Part shown: positions 49,407 to 62,938 of the stretch, one piece after another
How the letters are laid out: every line of letters starts with the position of its first letter
How positions within the stretch are numbered: the stretch's first letter is position 1
Assembly (NCBI GenBank): GCA_965153285.1
Contig: OZ229116.1
Direction: 5' to 3' (one strand)
From: Podarcis tiliguerta
Lineage: Eukaryota
DNA length: 64,000 nucleotides
Position numbers and translations under genes: made by a program
The notes under the pieces: generated by a model
What the model saw: only the letters and a program-made list of their open reading frames with translations
The model's database searches: none
Told to the model about the DNA's origin: nothing

Positions 49407-52349
49407 TACATTCATTCATGATGTCTATTTCTGGGACACTTCCCAATTCTGGTGTCCTCAGGATGTTTGGGACTCTAACTCCCATCTGCTCCATTCCAAA
49501 ACATCTGGAAGGCACCAGATTGGGCTGATCTCATCTGTCCATTAGATTGGTGTTTCCCAATATTCTGTAGCCAGAAGGCTACTACTCCTCCATATAATAT
49601 GGCTATGGGACCAAGGCAGCACTTAACAACAGCAGCAGCAGCTGAAGATACGTTGAGATGAGCATGCAAAAGCATACAGCAAAAGTGGTATGAGTAGAAC
49701 AAGACACAGGCTCAGTCTAAAGAGAGACACCTGGCCTTACACTGCTCTATTTCAATTTGGGTGGTCTGGCATTTGGATCAGGTATACAAGGTATAAATAC
49801 TTTTATTTATAAATACATGGAGAAATAAAACAAAGAGCCACTGGAAGAACATGGCTTGTTCTCCAAATAGTTCTTCCAGAAGGAAGTGTGTCTACAAAAT
49901 TCCACATTTGGATCAATTGTTATGTGCAATAATGCAGGTTTTTCGTTACATCATCTGCTTTATATATCTTGTTTATCTGAAGCACCAAGTTGTCTCGGCA
50001 TTCTCTGTTTCAACGAGGAGGCAGAGATGAGGGGAAACGAGGACAGATACAGACAGAATGGAAATACTGTTGCACAGCACCATCTTAGCCTCGTGTTCAG
50101 GTCAGATTATATGCCCAACACCTACATTTCAGTCCAAGTGGAAAAAGAAACTACAGGGTGCAACATTTATCCAGCTGTGTGAACTTTGCTGCCCAGATGT
50201 TGTCTGCCAACAAAGCAGGATCAACATAACACTGAATTTACTGTCCTCTGCCACCAGCTGGCTCTGCTTTTTTGCAAGTCAACTCCTGGAATGTTTTATG
50301 TCTTTGTAATATGCACCATCTCTTTCAACACCTGCTTTTCTCAGTAACAGATCTTGCAGTATGAAAGAGGTTCGGCAAGGATTGATGATAGCCCTCGTCA
50401 AGAGAACATCCCTGCAACAAGCGTTAGCTGTTGGAACATCATGAATGTGTTTTTCTTAGCTAAAATTACAATCCAATCTGAGAATGAGTCATCCACTTGA
50501 TCTTTCCTGCTACCACATTTAGAAGTTGTGGAAGTATTATGCTAGAATCTGTTATACACACACACACACAATATCTGAGTTCTTCACACAAATGGGTTTT
50601 AAGGACAGAAATGTGGACAACCACATAAGAGTTCTCACAGGGAGGGAGGGAGGGAGGGAGGGAGAGAGAGATGCATGGGGTGACCAACTGTTCATAAAGG
50701 GCCTTTGATGTGTTCCTCAGAGAACGGGACAGCATTGCAGGTCTTATTAGGCCGTATTTTTTATATTTAACAAACACCCTTTACAACTCAGGGAGGAAAG
50801 GAGAAGGAATCCATGAAGATCCTGTAGAAGATCCTGTATTAAAATTGTTTTCTGGATGATTTTTCCATATTTTTCCATATTTCCAAAGCAACTTTAAGAA
50901 GTTTTCTGACCTAAATTTATGAAAATGAGCACCCCATGTTACAAAACTCCTACACCGTAGTTAATATGTATCAATTTGCATGTGGGTAGACAATCAAAGT
51001 GTGATTATTGCTTATGTGGATTTTTCAACTCTCTGTACACATGCTTTGAGTATGCCAACGGAAAAAGATTTGTACAAAATGTGAAGCAGCTCTAGCTAAA
51101 ACGCTGGGGGAATCCGATTGAAGATACTGAAGGGTGAACATCCTAGAAAGTTCATAGAAGATTTCCTACCTGCAAGATGTTTACCAGCAACCAGGGCTCT
51201 CCTGTGATAATGGAATGGTATCTGGGACAAATCCTGTTTAAAAGAAAAGAACAGAGCCACATCACACCAACGCAGGAGGGGGGAATTATAACATGAGGGC
51301 TGTCATATATTACATCCTAAAGCAATGCAGTAAACACCAACCAAATCAATAGCGTTACTGAACTATTTCCTTAAGTATGCTTCTCAGTTTCAACCGTGAC
51401 TTTTAAGCTCCTTTTCTTTCACAGAATCCGATTCCATTTAGTCATCAGCAATATTAGGTCGATGACATCAGAAAATATTGCTCGTCATGGAGATCGGGAC
51501 CACAAATTTTGTTCAAGTGTACCTGTTGACAGGGTAGAACTACATTCTGATAATGGTGGAACAATACAGCCTTCTACAGGAACACCCCAAATGCACTTGC
51601 TCATAACTTTTACCAGGTCACAAGAGACACAATCCCACGTCACAGGACAGCTGGAGTACTGGACCCAATGTGCTACTTTACCTAGAAGCAATTGTTATTT
51701 GGCTTGGGCAAGTAGCTTGCAACAAGACTGATGTCCAACATTCCATTTTACACTCTATAAAGCTATTTGCAGCCCTCAGATACTTAGACTAAGCCATAAA
51801 AGAAATTAAAAGAATAATTAACTAGCAGAATGGAGCCTTCCCACCTGTTCTGGGGGGGAAATGAAAAATATATATACGTATATTGAAATGTATGCCCGGG
51901 TGGGGTGGGAAGGGATGAAGACCAACAGATTAAAAATCTTGCTCCTACAGCCTAAGCAAAGCAAAATGATTCTCATCATTTACACTGAAGACAGGAAAAG
52001 AGAAACGACATCAATTCTCCTGGGAAGGGTTCCAAATTATGGTTACATTTTACAGAGGAGATGACTTATTCATGTTAAAATGTGAACATATGGTTTTCCT
52101 CAAGGCTTTTCTCTCCTATCGTTTCCATTGGAAATTCACATTGTTGTATCAGAAGTTTTCTGACACAGTGGTGTCTTGGGCTTAAATTTTGTCTGAAGTA
52201 GTGTAATACAGCCATCAAGTTAGTTCTACAAAACAATGACAAAATAAAAGATAACCGAGCTTCCACTTTCTTAGAGCAATAAACTGGCGTGGGATCCAGA
52301 TTCTTCAAGATGCTGTTATTCTCCTTGATTATTGAAGAGTTAGCATCTA

Positions 52350-52701
52350 TTTTTTTAAATAATAATTTTTATTCAATTTTCAAATTTTACATTTCAAATT
52401 AAACATCTTTTATTATACCATGCGTTCATTGACTTCCCTCCCTCCCGTTCCAAGGTTCATTTAACTTATCCACCATTCCTGCATATTTTAATATATCCAT
52501 CCAAATTTGATTTTCCCATCTTACATCAGTTCAAAATATGTTAACTGTTGAATTATTACTGCCAGTGTTTTTAACTGTGCACAATTATTTTAAATATACT
52601 CAACATAAATTTCCACTCCAATATACCCAATATACTTTTAACTTTTTTCAGTGTCCACCACATATGAAGAAAGGTGCCTTCAACTTCTTTAAATTTCCAA
52701 C
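52350..52701 (-). mobile_element. L1-clade LINE 3' fragment (ORF2 Cys-rich region, internal deletion, 3' UTR, A-rich tail)
   Basis: Minus frame CWKFKEVEGTFLHMWWTLKKVK resembles the L1 ORF2 motif CWxCxxxxGTxxHxWWxC. Ends in GAATAAAAATTATTATTTAAAAAAA. 17-bp TSD TGAAGAGTTAGCATCTA at 52333-52349 and 52767-52783. Confidence 0.85.
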
Positions 52702-52759
52702 ATGCTCGCTCCAGCAGCACATATACTAAAATTGGAATGATACAGAGAAGATTAGCATG
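52702..52759 (+). pseudogene. RNU6: U6 snRNA retrocopy, nt 1-58 only
   Basis: ATGCTCGCTCCAGCAGCACATATACTAAAATTGGAATGATACAGAGAAGATTAGCATG matches vertebrate U6 nt 1-58 at 54 of 58 positions, including the ACAGAGA box. 3' half absent, and it lies inside an L1 insertion. Confidence 0.95.
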
Positions 52760-55313
52760 TTGGAAATGAAGAGTTAGCATCTAGTATACCTGCAAGGTAT
52801 CCATGCTGGAAATTAAACTTTGCACTCCTGTTGCTCACATACTGGTTATCTTTCTACAACAAATTCAACCAAAGCATAATTCCTGGTACGCACTGAAGGT
52901 TCCATCTACTACTGGCCTGCTCCAAAATCTGCCTTCATAAAATTGAAAATATTGTGGTAGAAATCAAAACAGGTCTTTGGGCATCTGATTCCTTTGCCGC
53001 CCCAGCTTGAACTTTCAATGTGATGTCATATGAAACCATGCGATTGACTGGTGACAAGCAGGTAGCCCAGCTGCATGTCAAAGTGGCCACGGAGGGTTAG
53101 ATAGCTTCAGTTGCAAATCATATCCTCTCTGCACGAACACCAGCCATTGGAGAACGATTCAATAGTTTCTGGTTTGATCTGTTTACAAAGTGGACCAAGG
53201 AAGTAGCCAGGAGATCAAGGAGGGCCTTCCTGTTAAGAAGCCCAGTTAAATGCTCTCTAAAATAACTTGTCCTCCTTAGGCACACATATACTTGTGTTAT
53301 GCATACCACAGATTATCTTGGACTGCAGTGCAAAATCATTTTTCCAGTGGTCTTATCCAAGTTCTAAGCAATCTGTAACACATGTAGGAATGTTTTTTTC
53401 ATTCTGTCACTGTGATAGAGTTAGTTCTTATGGATACCTGCAGCTGTCTCTTTCATTCTAAACAGAGAGCAACACAGCCCTACTTAGAAAAACTTCCACC
53501 CTAAAAAACATTTAACTGCACACACACAAACCACACATGTTCATGTTTCAGAAGAATTTGTGCAAAGCATGTCAATTCCCCGAATCCCTCTTAAGGGTAT
53601 TTGACTTACTGTTTTCCAACAGAAAGAAGTGTCCTCCCTTTCTTGAACCAAAGTGGGGAAGGGAACTGTTAGTTTCATGCTTTTAACCATTGTTTGTTTT
53701 TTAAAACCCACTGCACTGTCCTCTAATACCATCAGATTGCCTTAAAGATCACTTTCCACTACTACAAGGAATATTTATGCTACAGCGACATAATACAAAA
53801 CAGCCATTCCAATGTAAATTATTTATTGTATGCTGCTATGTCATCAGCTCTTAGGGAGATCAGGGAGAGAACCCCAAAAGCGAGGTACAGCTTCCTGTTC
53901 ATTTGAGCTGCTTATAAACCATTGGGGGGTGTAGGTTAAATGGAAGTAATACATTTCCCTGAAAACAATTCCCTGAACATCAAAAGCTGATTTATACTAG
54001 ATCAGACTACTTGTTCATCTAACGCAGTATCATCTACTCTGACTTGCCACAGCTCTTCAAGGTCACAAGGTGCAGTATCTGTACAGTATTGTTGTTATCT
54101 GACCCTTTTAGCTGAAGTTCGCAAGCATTGAATATGAGCAGTCCACATGTGAACCACGTGTTTCCCTCCCTTATGCCATGAACCCCCTAATGATGTAACT
54201 GTTTTGTTTTGTTTGTATTTTAACACATCAGTGGGTGGCCTTGCAGAGCAAAGAACTCTCTCAAGGTTTCCATCAATGTAATTGCACACTAACTGAATTC
54301 CCAGCATCCCAGACCATTGGCCATGCTGGCTGAGGCTGATTGGAATTGGAGTCCATCACCACCTGAAAGACCACAATTTCACAATTCCCGAGTTAAGCCT
54401 TAAATGCTGTGGTAATAAGTACTTCGTAAGAGGTACGTGGAGATCAAATCTTCTTAAGACCACGAGAAAAGTAAGTGATTTCAAAGTCAGTAGGGTGGGG
54501 TTCTACAAAAAAAAAGCAAAGCAATGCTATACCATGTGTATATGTTTTGCAATGTCCCCTAGAGCCAAAGGGCTTTGGTGAAATCTCTTCATTATGAAGG
54601 CTTCCATATTATTAATAACCTAGAATAGAACACAAAACAGAATGAGAGGAAACAGCACATTCATCCATATGTCTCGTTTCCAGGAGCGAAGAGCCCACAT
54701 AACAGCACACTCATCCTACCAGTTTACTGACACCCTGTTGATGGCAATATGCTGGTAGGCGGTTGGTGTCTCCATAAAAGCAAAAAAGACTAGTAGACCA
54801 AACCAGCCCTCATGTCTGCTACATGTAAGCAAATCTTCAGATCAGTACTGGAGAACTACTTGTTGGAAATGTCCATTTTTTTGTTCCTACAAGAACTGCA
54901 TTTCCTTTTTGTCTTTTCTGTAAAAGGAGCAAAATAGCTGCTTTTTCTTTACATGGCCTCAGATCTATAGAATTTGTTTTACAGAAGGCCAGCAATTCCT
55001 ACACAGGCCATGGGGCACCTAATAAAAGGACATAATGAAACAAATGTTTTGCAGGTGTGAAACAAATGGTAGGTGTTGCCGATTTCTGAGAAATTTGGTC
55101 ACTCCAGCATACTGATCACAGCAGGATCCTTGAGCTTGATTTTGTGGCTTAACATTTTGTCCACGATAGTCAACAAATGGATGGTGAGAGCTGCAGGGGG
55201 GTGAGGAAGAAATGTGCAAAAATTGCATTCTCCCCAGTTCAACCAGTGGGATTTTCCACTGCACCAAAAGCCTTCCGTGGAAAGGAGGATCCACTCTGTT
55301 CTCAAAAGGCTAG

Positions 55314-55575
55314 GAGAAGAAGAAGAGAGAAGAGTTTGGATTTGATATCCCACTTTATCACTACCCGAAGGAGTCTCAAAGCAGCTAACATCCTCCTTTC
55401 CCTTCCTCGTCCACAACAAACACTCTGTGAGGTGAGTGGAGCTGAGAGACTTCAGAGAAGCGTGACTGGCCCAAGGTCACCCAGCAGCTGCATGTGGAGG
55501 AGCGGAGCCGCGAACCCGGTTCCCCAGATTATGAATCTACTGCTCTTAACCACCACACGACACCACACTGGCTCT
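55314..55575 (-). mobile_element. Squam3-type SINE
   Basis: Same family as 18237, with a variant 3' segment (CACTTTATCACTACCCGAAGG). Confidence 0.88.
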
Positions 55576-57272
55576 GAGTTAAGATCCAACACAATTTGAA
55601 CACTATTTAGGAGGGGGCAGTTGAGAGAGAGAGGCTTAATACTGAATGGAATGGAACAGAATTGTGGTAATGACATGTGAAAATGTCACAGACTGGAAAA
55701 AGGCATATTTGTCCATCCCTGCTTACAGAACAAACACCTTTGCTTTAAAATGGTCAAAAGACACAATTTAACAGGAATTTCTCCAGCAGATGCATATTGA
55801 AAACGAATGGGAGCAGCATAAGAAAATGGAAGACCTTCTCAGTTGAACTGTGCCAAAAAGGAAAACATGGCAGGTGATTTGAACCCCTTTCTCGGCTCAC
55901 AAGTGAAACTGGATGTACTGCCAATATTGTACCTGGGACCGTTTTCATTCAAAGCATGAGTGTTACCACTGAGTCCCTCCCTTGCCACAAGTGGATGAAT
56001 TGTGTATAACATACTATACAATGTGGGGGTGCATGCATGGAATCAAGGCCTTCTACCTTTGCCCCACCCCCTTGATGCCCACCCATTTAGCATGGGCTGC
56101 ATGTGTCTGGGATCCCGTTCAGCTCGCGTGCAATCCACGTCTGCAGGACTATGGGCACAGGTTCCTTGCTCCTGATCTGCATCAGCCAATTGCCAGTTCA
56201 AATCAGCCATATCAACATGGGACTGTTTCCCTTCCTCTGCCACTGTCCTTCCTATCTCCAGTCCAAGCACTACCATCAGCACTACTTAACTACCCAGGCA
56301 TATAGCCTAGTTTGTTATCTCCAACTTATACATCCCCTGTTATAATTCAAATTCAGTTATGGTGAGGAGAGGGGCACAGCTTTCAAACAATTAAAATAAA
56401 AGAAAGAGAAAATGTTCGTGATGAGATGGCAGGGTGTTGGAACTTTCCTGATATTTATTTATTTATTTAGGAAAAAGTTATGTTATATTCTAGTTCTATG
56501 ATTCTGATTCCTATACACAATGGGAGTTCATGCGCTCAGTATCTAAAACAGATATTTTGGTATATTAGGGACTATTATAACAGAATCACTAAACATCATG
56601 GGCACAGGAATGGGGGAAATGGGTGAGAGACCACACCCAATACATCTGCATAACACTTGTTCAGCCACATAAAATGCAGCAGTCATGGCAATGGCTATGC
56701 TACCTAATTACATTTCCTGTGGCACAAAATATTGCATTTTGAGTGCCGGATGAAATCTTCTTGCAACAGAAATGCTACTTGAGGGATGGTGCTTGGCTCT
56801 CGTGCAACAAATTAAGAACAACTGCATATTTATTGCAATGAAAATGAGTTATCTGGAAAGGCCTGAAGAGCCAGTGGTGCTGACAGCGAGCAAAAAAGAG
56901 GTCATGGGAAGCTGGTTTGCATGGAACACGCAAGGCAATCTCCAGTTACAATTAGAAGAGCCCCAGATGCTTATTAAATAGATAACAGGACTGCATATTG
57001 CCAAGAAAACGAAACACATTTTATTTTTCCCATGTAATTGACTGAGCAGCATCCCAATTAGCCAAATCAATGCGAGCTTCCTTGCAATAAAGGGAAAACT
57101 GAACTTATATTAAATATTTTTTTAAAAAAAATGGAGGAACTGGTATGTAGGTTTTTGTGAGAATATTCATATGAGATGTTCTCGTATTGCCTAAAATGTA
57201 ACTGTAGCTGGCATTTGAGGAAGGTGGGCTCACAGAACCAGGGCAGCCATGAGAACAGCCCTCATAGTGGAC

Positions 57273-57592
57273 AGAAGAAGAAGAAGAAGAAGAAGAAGAA
57301 GAAGAAGAAGAAGAAGAAGAAGAAGAGGAGGAGGAGGAGGAGGAGGAGGAGGAGGAGGAGGAGTTTGGATTTGATATCCTGCCTTTCACTCCCTTTAAGG
57401 AGTCTCAAAGCGGCTAACATTCTCCTTTCCCTTCCTCCCCCACAACAAACACTCTGTGAGGTGAGTGGGGCTGAGAGACTTCAGAGAAGTGTGACTAGCC
57501 CAAGGTCACCCAGCAGCTGCATGTGGAGGAGCGGAGACGCGAACCCGGTTCCCCAGATTACAAGACTACCGCTCTTAACCACTACACCACAC
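57273..57592 (-). mobile_element. Squam3-type SINE with expanded (CCT)n(CTT)n tail (about 90 bp)
   Basis: Body near-identical to the other copies. Uninterrupted (GAA)n(GAG)n at 57273-57363. Confidence 0.9.
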
Positions 57593-60500
57593 AGCAGGGG
57601 TTACATCCAAGAAAAAGATATGTTCCCTGAGTTATTGCAAGTCACAGGGCTATCATGGGCTGTAAAGGGGTCAAGAGCAGCCACTTTAATTAAACCCAGA
57701 ATTTCAATAGTTCTATAGCTATGCTAGCTGCAGCTACCAGGCAGTCTCCAGTGCCACTCCCTTGTGCGTCACACTCAAAAATCCCAGGGATTATAGAATC
57801 ATGGGCTGCTGGTGCCAGGTTATTCCTGGGTGTCGTGATCACATATAGGTGATAAAACACACACCAGCGACTGAGCAAATAGCACCTGCTCAGAAACAGC
57901 AATAAAGGGTGGCACTCAACTAAGATTTCCTCAGCATAGACCTACTGAAATTAATGGCCCTAATTTAGTCATGTTCATGCATTTTGGTGGGTCTACTTTG
58001 AGTAAATCCACCCCAACACATCATAGCCCGAAGGGTGATGATCAGAAGCAGCTATGTTCCAATTCATCTACAGTTCATTAGCCCTCATCTGTCAACAGCC
58101 ACCAAACAGTAGTTTGGGGCAGATGTCAGCACGACTCCCTGTGAACCCTTGACATGTGATAAAGCCCACTAAGCCAGCCCTCACCAAGCTGGTGCCCTCC
58201 AGAAGTTTTAGACTACAACTCACAGCTCAGCTGAGAGAAACTCCATTTGGCTCCTCCTCTCTCTCAGCTGTCATGACATCTAGCTGCGGCGGCAGAAGAG
58301 ATGAGAGTGAAAGGCCCACTTTATTTATTCTCCCGAGACAGCTGGGTTTTGCTATGTTTTTGCTTATTTTCTCCCTCAACTGTTTCCACCCCAACTGGGC
58401 ATTATAAGAACTTTTTAACTTTAAGAACTGGCACCTGAGTTTGCTTCCTTGCCTCCTTCCTCCCCACCATGTTTTTCTTTGCTGTCATGTCTTTTAGATT
58501 GCAAGCCTGCATACAGGGACCATCTTCTGTTTTTTTATTTATCTTCCCTAAACCACTCTGGGAGCCTTTTGCAGTGAAAAGTGCAGGGTTCAGGGGGAGA
58601 CAATAAACAAACAAGCAAGCTGTAAGTTAATACATAAGTGCACCATATTTATCCAAAAGGCATTTGAACATGCTGCTGTCGAAACCAGTTCAGATGACAG
58701 CGGCCTTATCACTTATGCCAGACTAAATAAGCTCTCCCAAGACTTCCCGAGAGAAATTGTGAGCACTTGTACTTAAGTTGTACAGCTAGAGACTGTAATT
58801 TTAACCTTCATTCTATGCATCAGATGCAGGAAATAGAAATCTGCTAAACATATGGCCTGGAATAAGTCCCAGAACGAGGCACCTCAAGGTACGTCCGCTG
58901 AAGTTGCCCAGCCTGAGAATCTTATTAACGGTTTGAATCATGAATCCAGCATTTGTATTTCCACATAGCCAAATTAAATTCATACAGTGCACACCTAGAA
59001 ACACCGAGGGCAACTAATGCAAAAATCAAAAGGTTTCTGGGACAAAGCAAATATATAAAAAAACAAAAACAAAAGAATCTGTAGCTGTATTAGCTTGCAG
59101 CTAAAAGGGGGGGGGGATGGTCGCTGTACGTTTCCCATTATAGAAAACAGCTTCAGAAAATTCCTCCCACGCAACTTCCTGACTGTATCATCATGCAAGG
59201 AAGTCTGGAAGCCTTTGAAGATTCCATGCAAAAACAAACTTGCATCTTTATAACGCTGGAAGTCGTCTCCTGTTTTCTGACCACCCATAGAGAACATGAA
59301 CATTTCATTTTAAGCGGCCACCCCCAACATGCAAATTTAAAATAGAAAAGAAGGGAGGATGCTCAAGAGTAATCATTAGGCAATGTTTCCTAGAGGAAGC
59401 AGCATTGTTTAGTCTGAACCAACCTGTTACATTTTGACTTAATAAAGCTTGAAGGGAATCCGGAAGCATTTTTTGACCAGCAGGACATATTCAAAGCTGT
59501 GGGCATTTCACACCTTCATTTCTGGAATAGAACTTAGCATCTAGGTTTCATTTTTTTTAAAAGTAGGATTCATATTGCAAACTACAGCTGTGGGCAGCAT
59601 CTGGAAAAATCTGAAAATGGGAGGTGGTCTGCCAGGTTTGGGAATACTGTGTCTTTAACAGTTTCATAACAGTCATGGAACAGGTAACTTATTTTCTCCC
59701 ACCACTGCTGTGCCATGCTGGGAGCAGTTACATACATTGAATTTCTGCCAGAAAAGGCTAAGTCTACCAATCGGAACACCAACCTTTAGCATCGGTGAGT
59801 GAGGTTTCAATATCTCTGCCAACTCCTTGGCCTTTGCCAAAGGCTACTACTGTGTGGTCTTCTAGTCACAGATTAGAAGAGTTGGAGAGGGTCTTGTAGG
59901 CCCCTCTAGTCTAAGTGCCTGTTCTGCATAAGAAATCCAGAGCTACTACACCTCCTGTAATGCTGGCCTCAGTGGCAGCCCCATGTGACATGAAGACAGT
60001 TCCGTGCCGAATGCCTATCAGACTTCAATTAAAATGTTGCTGGAATTAACAAAACAGTCTTCACTAAGCACCAGAAATTCAACAGGGAGGGGGCTTGTCT
60101 GACCTGAACTAGAAGAGGGTTCTACAAAATTGGGCCCAGAATACTCCATGTGGAAATGAACCATGCATCACAAGCCATGGAGGGGCACTAACAAATGATC
60201 ATGCAAGGTTATAAGGAATCCAGAGGTCCCTGAGATATCCTGAGATCACTTAAAAACAAATTAAGGGCCTTGTGAATTAATACAAGAACTCTGAACCTGT
60301 TTAACCAAAGCCTACCCTCTTGTAACCTAAGCTCATTAAATTTCAATCTAGCTATAACTTCTTTATTCCGGTTTCTTCTGGCTTAGAAGTCTGTTTCCCA
60401 AACAAGGATTCATTTAGCAGTCATGGCTAATAGCAGTTGATAGGCCTTATCCTCTGTATTACACAAATATCTAATTAAGTCCTGTTTTTCAAAAGCTGCC

Positions 60501-61546
60501 GAAGATATGAATCTTGGTCAAGGGAACATAAGCAGTCTTCCTCTTCCCTCACCTCACCGCAGATTTATCCCAAAGGAAGAGCACAATGACCTTTCCTGCC
60601 CACGCCGATTTGCACTGCAAGGATGACTCCACTTCAGAATTTGATTCTGATCTCATAGCACGAGTCACATCTTGGCAGCAGAAGCAGAAGCAGAACAAAT
60701 GTCTTGGAGGGGCTGGTGCAAATGTGATGTCCATGATAGCCACGTGCAAATGAAAATATATACAGAGATAGGTCGAGGAAGCTGTTTGGAAAATGTGGAG
60801 CTGACTCAGTGCCACACCTTTACAAGGTTACGTGCAGCACACTATGTCAGTGCCTATTAGCAATAGCTATATGAAGCATTTGTATAATGGGCAATATTTG
60901 GAAGAAATAGAGCCCCGAAGTCTCCATGCTATTACAAGTCAACATAGTTAGAATGCCATAGCGGGTTCATGAAAGTACAGGGTGGCTGGTGAGGGAAGAG
61001 AGGCATTTTGACACTGGCATTGCAAAGCCACTTACCTGCAGTTCTTGAGCTTAAAAACAAAAGCTTTTTCAATAATCATAACCATGATAATGGTGTGAGG
61101 CATCAATATGCTGCTGCGTTCATGGGCATAGTCATAGGGGTGCAGAGGGAGCAACTACTCCCCCCCTCTCCGCCACCAAATGAAGTAAAAAAACAAAAAT
61201 TCTTAACTAAGTGACCAGTTGCATCACAGATAATTCGGTTCCGGCCGCCCTAACATAAAGCCTGCCCCCACTAAAATAGATCCTGGCTGCATTTCCAAAT
61301 ACAGAGGAGCATGGTTCTGCTGGCACTCCATACATGCCTTGGAACTATGAGATTCCTCTAGCTTCACTCAACAGGTGCAGTGAGAATGAACGTGCAAATC
61401 TGGGAAGGAGCTGGCAATTACTAATTCTCCCAGATAGCTAACCTAACTAAAGTACACGGTACTGAAGATCCCTGTTTCCACAGCTTCATGGTCCCATGTA
61501 ATTTGGGAGTTTGTGTAATGTGATCAGGGACGGGGCAGGCTTGTCT

Positions 61547-61585
61547 TTGCTTGCTTGCTTGTTTGTTTGTTTGTTTGTTTGTTTT
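61547..61585. repeat. (TTGC)n(TTTG)n microsatellite
   Basis: Read directly from the sequence. Confidence 0.9.
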
Positions 61586-62938
61586 AGAGCTGTCCTAAAA
61601 CTTTCAGGGCACTATTTTTGCCTGCAAAAGTGGAAAGAGGGGGTACTTGGAGACTTTCGTGAGTGAGCAGATTTCTAACATCTAAGATGTTTTGGTAGCG
61701 TGATGTTGCCTTAAAAATATGGGGCAGTCAAATACTTCTGAAAAACCTTTTCATTAATTGAATTTATCAATACGAAACAAGGGTAAGAAGCATCCTGTAC
61801 CCAAGGCACTCACTACAGCTTTGCTCAATGCAGGTCCATACCTATTAGAAACCAATGATCCATGCCATTAATGATGCGCTATAGCTCAAGCATATGTTTC
61901 CCGTGCAAAAGGTCCTAAGTTGAGTCCTGGCATTTCTGTGCAAGGCTGGGAAAGTCTGCATCTGAAAGTCCTGGAGAGCCATTGCTAGTCAGTGCAGACA
62001 GTAATGAGCTGAAGGGACTGATGGTCATAAATTAATGTATTGTAGCTTTCTATGATAAACACAGCTTTAACAAGGAGGGGGGAAATCTCATCTACTGAAA
62101 GGCCATGTTTGCTTTTTAAGTTAAAAACTGTGGTGATTTTGAAGGAAAGTCCATGACTACATTAAAAATGTAATGAAAAGAAAACTGGGGAAGCTCTATA
62201 AATACTTCAGGATTTTAATTGTGATCTCACTGTTGGGCCAGAGGTCAGTGCTCTTCTTTCCTCTTAATCTAAACGGCATGAGAATGTAATGGATTTAGCA
62301 GACCAATTGACTCACACAGCCAGATCATAACTGCAGAGACAGCCAGCTTATTATTCCCTTCCGCATGCAGTCACTTAGTTCATGAGAACAGTTTGAAGCA
62401 GGCCTGGCCTAACGCTTCCTCGTTCTGTCCCCATGCAATTTCTTCACTAGGAAATCAGGGCCAAGGAAATGCTCAACATTAAGGGAGAGAGAAGGGGGGG
62501 GGCTAAAAACACAGATTTCTTATTCTGCTGGCCATGGGCACTATCCGCTGCCCTGCCCACAACATCTTAACGGTTTATGAGCTGTTGAGTAAAGAATGCC
62601 TCAGAGTAAAGAAAAGAAAAGAAAAAGAACTGCCTTTTTCTTGGACTCTGTCCACTTTAAGCAAGCTATGAGAACTTGAATTTCTTTCAGCATCTTAAAA
62701 AAAAAAAATCAGGAAGGTAATGGAAAGTTGAAAAACACAACTGTGGGAAAGTTTGATGAGGGGCAACCGTCACTGGTAATCAAAGCTTTCAAAGTGTCCA
62801 TTTTACTTGTTTTGTTTTAATTATTAGATTTATATACTGCCCTTCATTATCTCAGGGCGGTTCACAAAACAAGATTTTTGTAACCACGTTTTCTCCTTTG
62901 CAAAAAGAAGGAAGGACGCTTCATGGATCTGAGTAGTA

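Noticed and set aside
52702-52759. Functional U6 gene
   Set aside because: Only 58 nt, four substitutions, no 3' half or U-tract, and the upstream sequence is L1 instead of a U6 promoter.
57105-57718. Poly-K/R and poly-S ORFs
   Set aside because: They are translations of the SINE's (GAA)n(GAG)n tail and body. The same peptide recurs at 18286 and 55177.
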